A DNA stretch of 35,436 nucleotides from Candidatus Woesearchaeota archaeon (GTDB taxonomy: Archaea; Nanobdellota; Nanobdellia; Woesearchaeales; GCA-2687795), in contig JASMCJ010000058.1 of assembly GCA_030753365.1 (NCBI GenBank), positions 1-35,436 on the forward strand, written 5' to 3'. The stretch's first letter is position 1. Each line of letters opens with the position of its first letter. Of this stretch, positions 1-8,530 are shown in pieces. A program made the translations under genes and the position numbers. Below the pieces are notes generated by a model. It saw nothing but the letters and a program-made list of their open reading frames with translations. It was not told the DNA's origin and searched no databases.

Positions 1-859
1 AAAAGCCTTCGAAGTCTCAGGCATTAAACAAATAGCAGACAACTACAATGCTAAACTAATAAACTTTGACTCCTCACCTCTCAGAAGAATAGAAATCAAA
101 GAAGGAGCAATCTTAAAAGAGCTCTACTTACCTGAAATCTTATTCAAAGTTGACATGCTCATCAACCTTCCCAAACTCAAAACACACTCCTTAATGCTCT
201 ATACCGGCGCAGTAAAAAACCTCTATGGCTTCATCCCAGGTGGAAAAAAGCAGGCATATCATCTAGTAGCAATCTCAAAAGAAAAGTTTGCAAAACTCCT
301 TCTAGACATCCACCAAATAATCAAGCCACAACTCACTATAATGGACGGCATCATAGGACTTGAAGGCAATGGCCCTGGAGCTGCCGGCAATCCAATAAGC
401 ACAGGTATAATCTTAGCCTCAGAAAGCTGTGCTGCTCTGGACATAATCGCTTCCGGAATAATAGGCTACAACACATTAGACCTGCCAACAAACACAGAAT
501 GCATCAAAAGAGGGCTTGTAAAGCAGGAATCAATCCATATAATTGGTGATTTGATAAAAATCAACTACAAGAAACCTTTTAAAAACATCTCAAAAGTCCC
601 CCAATTCTTATCAAATTGGATATTCAAACAAGCAATCGCATACCCAGTAATAAACAAAGAGCTATGCAGAAAATGCAATGTCTGCGTCAACTCCTGCCCT
701 CCCAAAGCATTGACAATGAAAAGCTACCCTACATTAGAAAAATCCAAATGCATCAACTGCTACTGCTGCCATGAGCTCTGCCCGCATAAAGCAATAACAT
801 TAGAAAAGTCAACAATCTTAAAAGTCTTATTAAAAGTAAAGAAAGTCTTAAAGAAATAA
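1..859 (+). CDS. DUF362 domain 4Fe-4S dicluster protein (5' partial)
   Basis: Frame open from position 2. DUF362-type INLPKLKTH...GAVKNLYG and DGIIGLEGNGP motifs; two C-terminal CxxCxxCxxxCP ferredoxin motifs. Confidence 0.88.
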   Translation, partial: KAFEVSGIKQIADNYNAKLINFDSSPLRRIEIKEGAILKELYLPEILFKVDMLINLPKLKTHSLMLYTGAVKNLYGFIPGGKKQAYHLVAISKEKFAKLLLDIHQIIKPQLTIMDGIIGLEGNGPGAAGNPISTGIILASESCAALDIIASGIIGYNTLDLPTNTECIKRGLVKQESIHIIGDLIKINYKKPFKNISKVPQFLSNWIFKQAIAYPVINKELCRKCNVCVNSCPPKALTMKSYPTLEKSKCINCYCCHELCPHKAITLEKSTILKVLLKVKKVLKK

Positions 860-959
860 AATGGGGACGCGTTAAAATTCTCTTCGAGAATTCACTGGCC
901 CTCATTTTTATCATATGTAATATAAGCAGAAAGCCAGAAATGAAGTTAAACAATAAAAA

Positions 960-1115
960 TGGGGACGCTGGGACTTTCGCCAGCTTTTCTGTTTTTATAA
1001 AAAAGCTGTTTCGAACCCAGATCCAGCGGTATCTTCTTGGATAATCATCAGCAATTAAGCCTCATCGCTCCAACAACTGGAGCCGCTTATTCTAGCCAAG
1101 TTATACTACGTCCCC
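960..1115 (-). tRNA. trnW: tRNA-Trp(CCA) with two introns: 37/38 (1031..1076, 46 nt) and 59/60 (974..1009, 36 nt)
   Basis: Minus strand reads GGGGACG TA GTAT AACTTGGCTA GAAT A AGCGG CTCCAG[intron]A CCGCT GGATC then T-arm CTGGG TTCGAA[intron]T CCCAG CGTCCCC A. Acceptor, anticodon and T stems pair; the T-loop intron forms a BHB (TTCG/CGAA helix, bulges AA|A and AG|T). Confidence 0.92.
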
Positions 1116-1367
1116 TTAGACTAAATATAAAAAAGCTCATTATTTAAAAAACTTGTCAAAAACTTTAAATATTACCTTGAACTTCAGTATAACAATGATA
1201 AATAATCAAACAAATTTAAAATCAGCAAGTCTTTCTTTGAATAGTTCTTTTTATAGATATCTCTATTTCTTTTGGTAAGTGCGTGAAGAATATCCCAATA
1301 TTCTTAATGCACCATTGTTACAAACTTAGTTTTCTAAATCTTTTTAAGAAATTTGGAGGAAATAAAA

Positions 1368-1628
1368 ATGGAACATACAGAACAACTCGAAAACAATAAT
1401 GGCACAGCAATATGTAAAAGCTGTTTGCATGATAGCTTAGATGGTAAACTGGAAGCTGACAAAGTTTATCATAATATAAATGGCAGATGGATACGAAAAA
1501 AGCCTGAAGAGCAATCTGAGCATATATCTTATGATACTTGCCCAGATCATTATAAGAAATATGCCATGCTCTATGTAAAAATACTAGATGAAATAGCCGG
1601 GCCAGAAACAAAACCAAAGAATTATTAA
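1368..1628 (+). CDS. Small hypothetical protein, possible Zn-binding (CxxC...CxxH)
   Basis: GGAGG RBS before ATG 1368; CKSC and HISYDTCPDH motifs. Confidence 0.6.
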   Translation: MEHTEQLENNNGTAICKSCLHDSLDGKLEADKVYHNINGRWIRKKPEEQSEHISYDTCPDHYKKYAMLYVKILDEIAGPETKPKNY

Positions 1629-1652
1629 CTCATTTATCTTACAAAGCAAAGA

Positions 1653-2324
1653 ATGGAACCAACTGAACCAGAAACATTTGAAGAGGAAAAACCTTCTTGG
1701 TACAAAGGCCCCTTAAAACTAATCCTCTCCCTATTCCTAATCCTATTAATAATCTTAATGGCAATCCCTTATTACTCAATCAGGCTGGACCCTGAGCCAA
1801 AATACGTCCCTAAAATAAGCGAAGTCCTACTAGACCAATCCAATATCAACCTAACCAATCCTATAAAACTAACCAACATAAATCAATTAGGGCTCTTAGT
1901 AAACCCAAAAGATCCAGTCATAAAAAGAACATCCGACAAAACAGTCTCATTATCCTGCACAGAAGGAAAAATCTGCCAGGCAAAAGCAATCTATTACTTT
2001 GTAAGGGACAACATCCAATACGTAAGCGATCCACTAGGCAGTGAATACTTAGAAGATCCAAAAGAAGTGCTCTACACTGGGGCAGCAGACTGCGAAAGCG
2101 GCTCAATTCTATTATCATCAATGCTTGAATCCATCGGCATAGATACTCAATTAGTACTAATCACTGGCCATGCTTATCTTAGAGCAAAAATTCCTGATGC
2201 CTTAGGCAAATACAAAATAGATGACTGGGTATACCTTGACTGGACCTGCAAAACTTGCGAGTTCGGAGAAATCCCTTGGAAAAACATAAGAAAACAGGCA
2301 TCTTACCTTGAAGTAGGAAACTAA
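1653..2324 (+). CDS. Membrane-anchored transglutaminase-like (Cys-His-Asp) protein
   Basis: N-terminal TM helix; AIYYFVRDNIQYVSD, GAADCES, GHAY and WVYLDWT motifs. Confidence 0.85.
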   Translation: MEPTEPETFEEEKPSWYKGPLKLILSLFLILLIILMAIPYYSIRLDPEPKYVPKISEVLLDQSNINLTNPIKLTNINQLGLLVNPKDPVIKRTSDKTVSLSCTEGKICQAKAIYYFVRDNIQYVSDPLGSEYLEDPKEVLYTGAADCESGSILLSSMLESIGIDTQLVLITGHAYLRAKIPDALGKYKIDDWVYLDWTCKTCEFGEIPWKNIRKQASYLEVGN

Positions 2325-2620
2325 TTTCCATTAATCTCTTCAGCCATTTCCTTTCCAGACTTCTCCAGAATCATAAACTCATACGCTTTATCCAAAAGCA
2401 TCACAGCCCTTGGCAAATCATTCACTCTATACGTATTAGAAGCCTTCCATTCACCATCCTTCTTATATCTTCTCTCAAGCGTAACAGTATAATAATACGC
2501 CACTTTATCAGCATTAATCTGCTTCTTATTCTTCCATATTGTCAAATATACAGATCCTGACCTAAGCTTCTTCTCAGGCAGGTTTTTATCCTCAATCTTG
2601 CTTAAATCCAGTTCAGGCAT
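2321..2620 (-). CDS. Hypothetical protein, possible PC4-like ssDNA-binding fold
   Basis: Likely start ATG at 2620 (MPELDL). Pattern PEKK.R.G.V.LTIW.N...VTLERRYK.DGEWK.S..YR.NDLP; fold is inferred. Confidence 0.6.
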   Translation of the reverse strand: MPELDLSKIEDKNLPEKKLRSGSVYLTIWKNKKQINADKVAYYYTVTLERRYKKDGEWKASNTYRVNDLPRAVMLLDKAYEFMILEKSGKEMAEEINGN

Positions 2621-2683
2621 TTTAACTCTAATAATCTCAAATATTACGAAAATCTTATATATTATATGTTTTTCTATTCCTTT

Positions 2684-2860
2684 ATGGCAAACAATAAGAT
2701 GCAAATGCCTTCTGGAATGGGAGGTCTCACAAGATACTTTGAAGATTACAAAAGCAAAATAACCTTCAAACCAGGTCATATCATAATATTAGTAGTAATA
2801 GTAATAATCATAATGATAATTCTGCACACTCAAGGCTATGCTCTGATGGGTATAAGATAA
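2684..2860 (+). CDS. secG: Preprotein translocase subunit Sec61-beta
   Basis: SGMGGLTRYFEDYKSKITFKP followed by one TM helix; ATG 2684. Confidence 0.9.
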   Translation: MANNKMQMPSGMGGLTRYFEDYKSKITFKPGHIIILVVIVIIIMIILHTQGYALMGIR

Positions 2861-2875
2861 ATTTAAGGTGAAACT

Positions 2876-3232
2876 ATGTTCCCTGGAATGAATCCAAGAA
2901 AGATGAACCAGATGATGAAAAGAATGGGCATTGCTCAGACAGAAATCCCTGCCACTGAAGTCATAATAAAACAGAACGACAAGGAAATCGTTATAGCCAA
3001 TCCTCAGGTCAGCCTTGTAAAAATGATGGGTCAAGACACTTACCAAATCGTAGGCAGCGCAGAAGAAAGAGCTATTTCTTCAACACCAGAATCCTCAACG
3101 CCAGAAATCAATGAAGATGATATAAAAACTGTAATGGAACAGACAGGCGCAGAAGAAGACAAAGTAAAACAAGTTCTTGAAGAAACCAAAGGCGATTTAG
3201 CTGAAGCGATTATTAAATTAAAAGGCGAATAA
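2876..3232 (+). CDS. nac: Nascent polypeptide-associated complex protein
   Basis: MNPRKMNQMMKRMGI N-terminus; UBA-like C-terminus EDDIKTVMEQTG...GDLAEAI; GGTGA RBS. Confidence 0.95.
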   Translation: MFPGMNPRKMNQMMKRMGIAQTEIPATEVIIKQNDKEIVIANPQVSLVKMMGQDTYQIVGSAEERAISSTPESSTPEINEDDIKTVMEQTGAEEDKVKQVLEETKGDLAEAIIKLKGE

Positions 3233-3255
3233 GAAGATTTCTAAATTATAAAAAA

Positions 3256-3371
3256 TGGGCCTGACCGGACTTTCATCAACCTTATAAAAGCTGTTTTGAA
3301 CCGGTGATCCTCGCCAAGTCAAGGCGATATCATCTGTGGTTTTTAACAAATAGCCACTAGACCACAGGCCC
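3256..3371 (-). tRNA. trnV: tRNA-Val(GAC) with two non-canonical introns: D-loop 20a/21 (3334..3351, 18 nt) and T-loop 59/60 (3270..3294, 25 nt)
   Basis: Spliced sequence GGGCCTGTGGTCTAGTGGCT|ATGATATCGCCTTGACTTGGCGAGGATCACCGGTTCAAA|TCCGGTCAGGCCCA. BHB central helices GTGG/CCAC and TTCA/TGAA with 3-nt bulges. Confidence 0.88.
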
Positions 3372-3492
3372 TTTTAGTTTAAGATAAACCTTTGTTTCTT
3401 TATAAAAATGTCGGAATGACATCCTCCTACAACTGAATTTGTAACTATTATTTTTTGTATATAAATAAGCATATTTTCTCTCAAATCAACCC

Positions 3493-3608
3493 CACTGGTC
3501 AACTTTTTTTGACCAGTGCATTTCCTACTCACAAGCCTTCTATATTAAAAATATTGCACTTCGCCTACCCACTGGTCACTGGTCAGGTCCCCCAGTGAGC
3601 TATATAAA
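3493..3608. promoter_or_regulatory. Cluster of CACTGGTCA motifs upstream of a TATA-like box
   Basis: CACTGGTCAA 3493-3502 and its inverse 3509-3518; direct copies 3570-3578 and 3577-3585; inverted half-site CCAGTG 3592-3597; TATATAAA 3601-3608. Confidence 0.5.
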
Positions 3609-3644
3609 GGGGTTTGAATATTCTACTATTTAAGGTGATAAAAA

Positions 3645-3773
3645 ATGAAAAACATAAACTTAGGAAATGTAAACAACAGAATATTCGGTTTTGTAAAACA
3701 GTTTGATGATATAGACTTCAGGGAAATAGCTGTATATGAAGACGAATTTTTGATTGGAAACTTGTTAGTTTGA
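3645..3773 (+). CDS. Small protein (42 aa) absent from the ORF track
   Basis: AAGGTGAT RBS, ATG 3645; MKNINLGNVNNRIFGFVKQFDDIDFREIAVYEDEFLIGNLLV. Confidence 0.55.
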   Translation: MKNINLGNVNNRIFGFVKQFDDIDFREIAVYEDEFLIGNLLV

Positions 3774-3819
3774 TGCTAAACAGCTTCATTCAACCTCCAG
3801 AGTTTTAGTACCACAAACT

Positions 3820-3839
3820 GGGTGTTCAATCACCCTTTT
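3820..3839 (+). terminator. Short hairpin followed by a T-run
   Basis: GGGTG-TTCAAT-CACCC then TTTT, between the two small ORFs. Confidence 0.35.
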
Positions 3840-3871
3840 ATTTATCAATTAAAAAAAATCGAGGTGATCAT

Positions 3872-3994
3872 ATGTTTTGGAAAAAGAAAATATTTGTGGA
3901 TTGGGATGATTATATGGAAAAGATAGCTCTTATTGATGACTATGTCTTCAGGCAGAACATAAGAAGGGCTAACATCAGGAACTTGGAAACTTAA
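3872..3994 (+). CDS. Small protein (40 aa) absent from the ORF track
   Basis: GAGGTGAT RBS, ATG 3872; MFWKKKIFVDWDDYMEKIALIDDYVFRQNIRRANIRNLET. Confidence 0.55.
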   Translation: MFWKKKIFVDWDDYMEKIALIDDYVFRQNIRRANIRNLET

Positions 3995-4698
3995 TCCAAG
4001 TCCTTCAGCTTCCCAAACCTATACACCTTATCTCCAACAACAAACACTTCAAAGCCAGAAATGTCCTGTTTGAGATAAGGACTTAACACTCTTTCTCTCA
4101 GGGGGTCTGTGCCCTCTGTTACTAAATTAAAAGAAGGCATCACAATAAGCTTCTTGCCTTCAAACTTTCCTTTAAGGAAACATTTATACTTTTCCTTTCT
4201 AACTCCTTCCCTTATGCCAATCGCAGGATGCTCATGCCCTATAATAATAGTTTCATAATCTCCTTCATCAAAAACCTTATGTCCATGCACTATCAACACC
4301 TTCCCAGCAAGATAATACTCTTTTACTTCTATATCTCTTTTGCCTGCAATAGGCCCAAGCACTGTGTCATGATTACCTCTAATCAATACAACCTTCCTGC
4401 ACTTCTCAATCAAGAAATCCAATAACTTCAGTGTAAGCCTCCATTCCTGCTCAGAAATTGTGCCAAACTCATGCTTAACATCCCCATTAATAATAATAAT
4501 CTCAGGCTTTACTTCCTTAAGAATACCCTTCAGCCTTTTAATTAACTCATCAAACTGAAACCTTGGCACCATTAAGCCCTGCTTATTAAGCGCCTCTTCA
4601 AACCCTATATGCACATCTCCAATTACCAAAATCCTTTCTTTGGTTAAATACAATCCCAAATCAACTATCTTTATCCCTTTCAAAATGTTCATATTCAC
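3991..4698 (-). CDS. Calcineurin-like metallophosphoesterase (archaeal ICC-like)
   Basis: GDVHIG, INGDVKH, RGNHD, HGH and GHEHP motifs. Confidence 0.9.
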   Translation of the reverse strand: MNMNILKGIKIVDLGLYLTKERILVIGDVHIGFEEALNKQGLMVPRFQFDELIKRLKGILKEVKPEIIIINGDVKHEFGTISEQEWRLTLKLLDFLIEKCRKVVLIRGNHDTVLGPIAGKRDIEVKEYYLAGKVLIVHGHKVFDEGDYETIIIGHEHPAIGIREGVRKEKYKCFLKGKFEGKKLIVMPSFNLVTEGTDPLRERVLSPYLKQDISGFEVFVVGDKVYRFGKLKDLD

Positions 4699-4793
4699 TA
4701 AAAACAGTGTAGAATATAAAAAAATTGCCCAAATTAGTAAACTTTTTAACCATAAGAAAAATATTTAAATAAAAGCAATTATTTAATCATAAA

Positions 4794-5501
4794 ATGAGCG
4801 AAACAGAAAAAGTCCCAAGGCATATCGCTATCATCATGGATGGTAATAGAAGATTCAGCAAGAGATTAATGATGAAACCCTGGAAAGGCCATGAATGGGG
4901 CGCAAAAAAGGTTGAGAAGCTACTTGACTGGTGCAGAGAATTGGATATAAAAGAATTAACCTTATACTCATTCTCAGTTGAAAACTTTAACAGGCCTAAA
5001 ATCGAGTTTGATTATCTTATGAACATCTTCAGGAAAGAGTTTGACAGATTCAAAGATGATGAAAGAATACATAAGCACAAAATCAAAATCAACTTCATTG
5101 GCAGGCTCTACATGTTCCCTAAAGATATCCAGGAAAAAATAAGCTCTTTAATGGCCATGACCAAAGATTATAACGATTATCAAATCAACTTTGCAATGGC
5201 TTATGGCGGCAGAGCTGAGGTAATGGATGCAACTATTAAGCTCGCTAAACAGGTCAAAGAAGGCAAGCTTGACATAGACCAAATAAATGAAGAAACCTTC
5301 TCAAAAAACCTTTACTTTGACCATGAGCCAGACTTAATCATAAGAACTGGCGGTGAAAAAAGAACCTCCAATTTCCTTGTATGGCAGTCTCATTACAGCG
5401 AATGGTGCTTCCTTGAAAAGATGTGGCCAGAGTTTGAGAAAGAAGACCTAGAAATAGCCATTGAAGAATTCTCTAAAAGAGAGAGAAGGTTTGGGAAATA
5501 A
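4794..5501 (+). CDS. uppS: Cis-prenyltransferase / polyprenyl diphosphate synthase
   Basis: PRHIAIIMDGNRR, YSFSVENFNRP, YGGRAE and DLIIRTGGEKRTSNFL motifs. Confidence 0.96.
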   Translation: MSETEKVPRHIAIIMDGNRRFSKRLMMKPWKGHEWGAKKVEKLLDWCRELDIKELTLYSFSVENFNRPKIEFDYLMNIFRKEFDRFKDDERIHKHKIKINFIGRLYMFPKDIQEKISSLMAMTKDYNDYQINFAMAYGGRAEVMDATIKLAKQVKEGKLDIDQINEETFSKNLYFDHEPDLIIRTGGEKRTSNFLVWQSHYSEWCFLEKMWPEFEKEDLEIAIEEFSKRERRFGK

Positions 5502-5503
5502 CT

Positions 5504-5776
5504 TCAAAGCAAGCTAAACACAACCTTCTGGCCAAGGAATAATACTGCTAAGATGGTTATTATTGGATTGGATAGGTTGAATGCAAGGAAGATGACATAG
5601 ATACCGCAGATGATGTCAAGATAGCTTGCAAAGTCTCTGCTTGTTAGTACAAACATGAGTCCTTTTGCTATTAAGTAAAAGGCTCCATAGAAGATGAGGT
5701 TCTTAGGGAATAACGGAGCAAATATGATAATCAAAGTCACCAACAAATCTAATGCTCCAAGTACTTTTGCTAACAT
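5504..5776 (-). CDS. Small integral membrane protein
   Basis: 90 aa, almost entirely hydrophobic helices. Confidence 0.7.
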   Translation of the reverse strand: MLAKVLGALDLLVTLIIIFAPLFPKNLIFYGAFYLIAKGLMFVLTSRDFASYLDIICGIYVIFLAFNLSNPIITILAVLFLGQKVVFSLL

Positions 5777-6136
5777 TTAAAATACCCCTAATACCACAAT
5801 AAGGGCTATAAATATTAACATAAACTTAAGAATCCCCTTAAAAGCGTTCTTTTCAATCATTGAGCTATAGCAGTTAAATAGCCTTATCAAAGCCTCTATT
5901 AAGATTATACCTAATAAGCCTACTAATAGAATATTAATAATCTGTGGCACAACCCGCAGATTGCCTGTAATAACCTTAAACACAACAAGCAGCATAAATA
6001 ATCCCATCATCCTTATCCTAAACAGTCTTATACCAACACTGTTAAAAGAATGAGAACTGCTTTCCTTAAATAGATTAACAACTATCTCATAAGGCTCCAT
6101 TACAAATGTAAGGTTTTTTTTATCAAATATTTGCAT
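5777..6136 (-). CDS. Integral membrane protein
   Basis: About three TM segments; abuts the next gene with no gap. Confidence 0.6.
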   Translation of the reverse strand: MQIFDKKNLTFVMEPYEIVVNLFKESSSHSFNSVGIRLFRIRMMGLFMLLVVFKVITGNLRVVPQIINILLVGLLGIILIEALIRLFNCYSSMIEKNAFKGILKFMLIFIALIVVLGVF

Positions 6137-6193
6137 AGAACCTGGATTTAGAAGATAGGTTAAAAAGGTTTTGGTTGGATTTAGAAGGTTAGT

Positions 6194-6514
6194 TTATGGT
6201 ATTAGAGCATGGCAGCAGATCTGGTCTATAGCACAACCTTTTACGGATTCACCTTTTTTAGGATATGTTACTATAAAATCTACACCTTCTGTGAGTTTGC
6301 CATCTCCACTTGCATCTACTATATTTGAGCCACATATTGGATTTTGATCGCTATTATAACAGAATCCTGCCTGAGCAGCACAACTATCAAGATCTTTAGT
6401 AAATCCTCCTATCCTGCCTGTAAATATCATAATAAGAACAACAAGCACAAGCAAGGCAATTGCAGCGATGACAATTGTTGTCATAGACATTCCTTGAGCT
6501 TTCTTTGTAGTCAT
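6194..6514 (-). CDS. Class III signal peptide pilin-like protein with Cys-rich head
   Basis: KKAQGMSMTTIVIAAIALLVLVVLIMIFTG; six C-terminal Cys ending in CC. Confidence 0.8.
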   Translation of the reverse strand: MTTKKAQGMSMTTIVIAAIALLVLVVLIMIFTGRIGGFTKDLDSCAAQAGFCYNSDQNPICGSNIVDASGDGKLTEGVDFIVTYPKKGESVKGCAIDQICCHALIP

Positions 6515-6545
6515 TTTAAATAAAAAAAAGTATTAAAAATAAAGG

Positions 6546-6785
6546 TTATGGTCTCGAAACACAACATTTCTTATTATTATCACATTTTGCAGTTATTTCT
6601 ATTGAATTCGTAGGACAACTATCTGTATCGCAGTTACCACCCTGATTCACGCAACTACCAACTCCGCCAGTAAACACGCTCATTCTTCCTGTAAATATCA
6701 TCACAAGAACAACCAGAACTAATAACGCAATTGCTGCTATAATAATCGTATTCAAAGAAAGACCTTGTCCCTTTTTATTTTTCAT
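6546..6785 (-). CDS. Class III signal peptide pilin-like protein with Cys-rich head
   Basis: KKGQGLSLNTIIIAAIALLVLVVLVMIFTG; C-x6-C-x4-C-x10-C-x5-CC; GAGGTG RBS. Confidence 0.82.
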   Translation of the reverse strand: MKNKKGQGLSLNTIIIAAIALLVLVVLVMIFTGRMSVFTGGVGSCVNQGGNCDTDSCPTNSIEITAKCDNNKKCCVSRP

Positions 6786-6908
6786 TGATAAACACCTCTT
6801 ATATAGTATTATTTAATTGAGTTATATAGGAGTTAATAAAAGAAGTCCTATATAAAACTTTCTTTCTATACAAATATTTTTATAGCTTATATTAAAACAT
6901 TTATTAAA

Positions 6909-7586
6909 ATGAATCTTCCAGAACAGGCATTTAACCTTCTTTATCCCGAAAAGGAAACAATTTACAGTTTCTCACTAAACTACTCTGGTAAATTTAAGTC
7001 TTACAACGCTAACATAAAGAAAATAAACAGTAGGATTGAGCTCAACTTAAGCAAAAACTGGGTTAATATCAATGAGGATATACAAATAGGCCTTATGCAA
7101 GAACTTCTCTTAAAAATCTTTAAACATAAAAAGACAACCCTTAACATTGACTTATACAATAGTTTCATGAGAAACATTCACCTTGCAGCTCCGAAAACCA
7201 AATCTCATCCAATCCTTGAAGCATCTTTCAATAGAATAAATGAGGAATACTTCAACAACATCATGGAACAACCCAATCTCATGTTCGGAAACCATTCAAG
7301 GAGAAAGCTGGGATCTTACGAATACGGCACAGACACAGTAATAATCAGCAAAATTTTCTTAGAATCATCAGAACGTCTTTTAGACTACATCATGTACCAT
7401 GAGTTATTACACAAACAACATAAATTCACCTCTAAAAATAATAGAAACTACCACCATAGCAATGAGTTTAAGAGAAAAGAGCAAGGTTTTAGGGATTTTA
7501 AGGCTATAGAGGTTGAATTAAACTCATTTCTAAGAACAATAGGCAGAAAATATAAATACAAGTTGTTCTTTATGAGAAAAAGATAA
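6909..7586 (+). CDS. SprT-like / YgjP-like zinc metalloprotease domain protein
   Basis: RKLGSY, YIMYHELLH (HExxH) and HHSNEFK motifs. Confidence 0.8.
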   Translation: MNLPEQAFNLLYPEKETIYSFSLNYSGKFKSYNANIKKINSRIELNLSKNWVNINEDIQIGLMQELLLKIFKHKKTTLNIDLYNSFMRNIHLAAPKTKSHPILEASFNRINEEYFNNIMEQPNLMFGNHSRRKLGSYEYGTDTVIISKIFLESSERLLDYIMYHELLHKQHKFTSKNNRNYHHSNEFKRKEQGFRDFKAIEVELNSFLRTIGRKYKYKLFFMRKR

Positions 7587-7602
7587 TCTTGGGGGTTTTT
7601 AA

Positions 7603-7809
7603 ATGTCAAAAAGAATTTTACCACTGGCCGCTATGGAAAAAATATTAAAAACATGCGGTGCAAAAAGAGTATCTGACAAGGCAAAGACTGCTTTAAAAGA
7701 AGTATTAGAAGACATCGCAGAAGACATAGCAACAAGTGCTATAAGGTTTGCAATGCATGCAGGAAGAAAAACAGTAAAGGCAAAAGATATAAAGCTTGCT
7801 GCTAAATAA
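7603..7809 (+). CDS. Archaeal histone (HMf-like)
   Basis: LPLAAMEKILK..GAKRVS..AK..L...AMHAGRKTVKAKDIKLA. Confidence 0.95.
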   Translation: MSKRILPLAAMEKILKTCGAKRVSDKAKTALKEVLEDIAEDIATSAIRFAMHAGRKTVKAKDIKLAAK

Positions 7810-7832
7810 ATAAAAAAAGAGGTTTGAACTAA

Positions 7833-8486
7833 ATGGAAGCAATCACAATAATCATTCTATCGTTCTTTATACTATTCGGAGCAACATCCATAATACTACT
7901 AATAAAAAAACTATTCAAAATCTATTTTTTTTTAAATTTGTCTATGATCATAATCATGCTAATCCTCAGCTTTTTCATCTACAAAGATGTAATGGACATG
8001 AAAGACAACTTTGGCAAGAATTCTAACCTTCTTTTGTTAGAGGACAATGACAAAGCACTGACAGGATTTGTCATGCAGGAACCGCCTCAAATCCTCACAG
8101 AAGAACAACTTGATCAATATTCAACATATCTAGCTGATGATGATTATCCAAAAGTTCTTGGCTCAAGCTATAAGCTCCTTCTCATAGATATTGAAACAAT
8201 ATCAAACATAAATCAAGAGAGTTTTATGGTGGAAAATGAGGAGCTTACAAAAAATGAAGTATTAACTGAATTAAGAACTTCTAATGACATAGAGTATAGG
8301 GCTGCTCTCTTCAGCATGATTTTCAGCAATTATATCATTGGGCAAGGCAATGTATTATACCTCCTGGAAAGCTACAAAAAAGGAAACATATTTATCTATC
8401 CTGAAACAATAGTATTTAAGCTTATGAAATCAGTGCCGCTTTCATTGGTTAAGCCTGCAATTGAAAAGACTCTTGCAAAAGCTTAA
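7833..8486 (+). CDS. Membrane-anchored hypothetical protein
   Basis: Two N-terminal TM helices and a soluble domain; GAGGT RBS. Confidence 0.75.
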   Translation: MEAITIIILSFFILFGATSIILLIKKLFKIYFFLNLSMIIIMLILSFFIYKDVMDMKDNFGKNSNLLLLEDNDKALTGFVMQEPPQILTEEQLDQYSTYLADDDYPKVLGSSYKLLLIDIETISNINQESFMVENEELTKNEVLTELRTSNDIEYRAALFSMIFSNYIIGQGNVLYLLESYKKGNIFIYPETIVFKLMKSVPLSLVKPAIEKTLAKA

Positions 8487-8530
8487 CAATCATCAGCTAA
8501 AACAGAATTATCAAAAAGAGGTGAACAATA

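Noticed and set aside
2621..2779. N-terminal extension of ORF 2321..2779
   Set aside because: It overlaps sec61-beta and the divergent promoter; ATG 2620 is the better start.
3410..3450. GGAATGACATCCTCC resembling the 5' part of a fluoride riboswitch
   Set aside because: The downstream GATG/pseudoknot element is missing and no fluoride-related gene follows.
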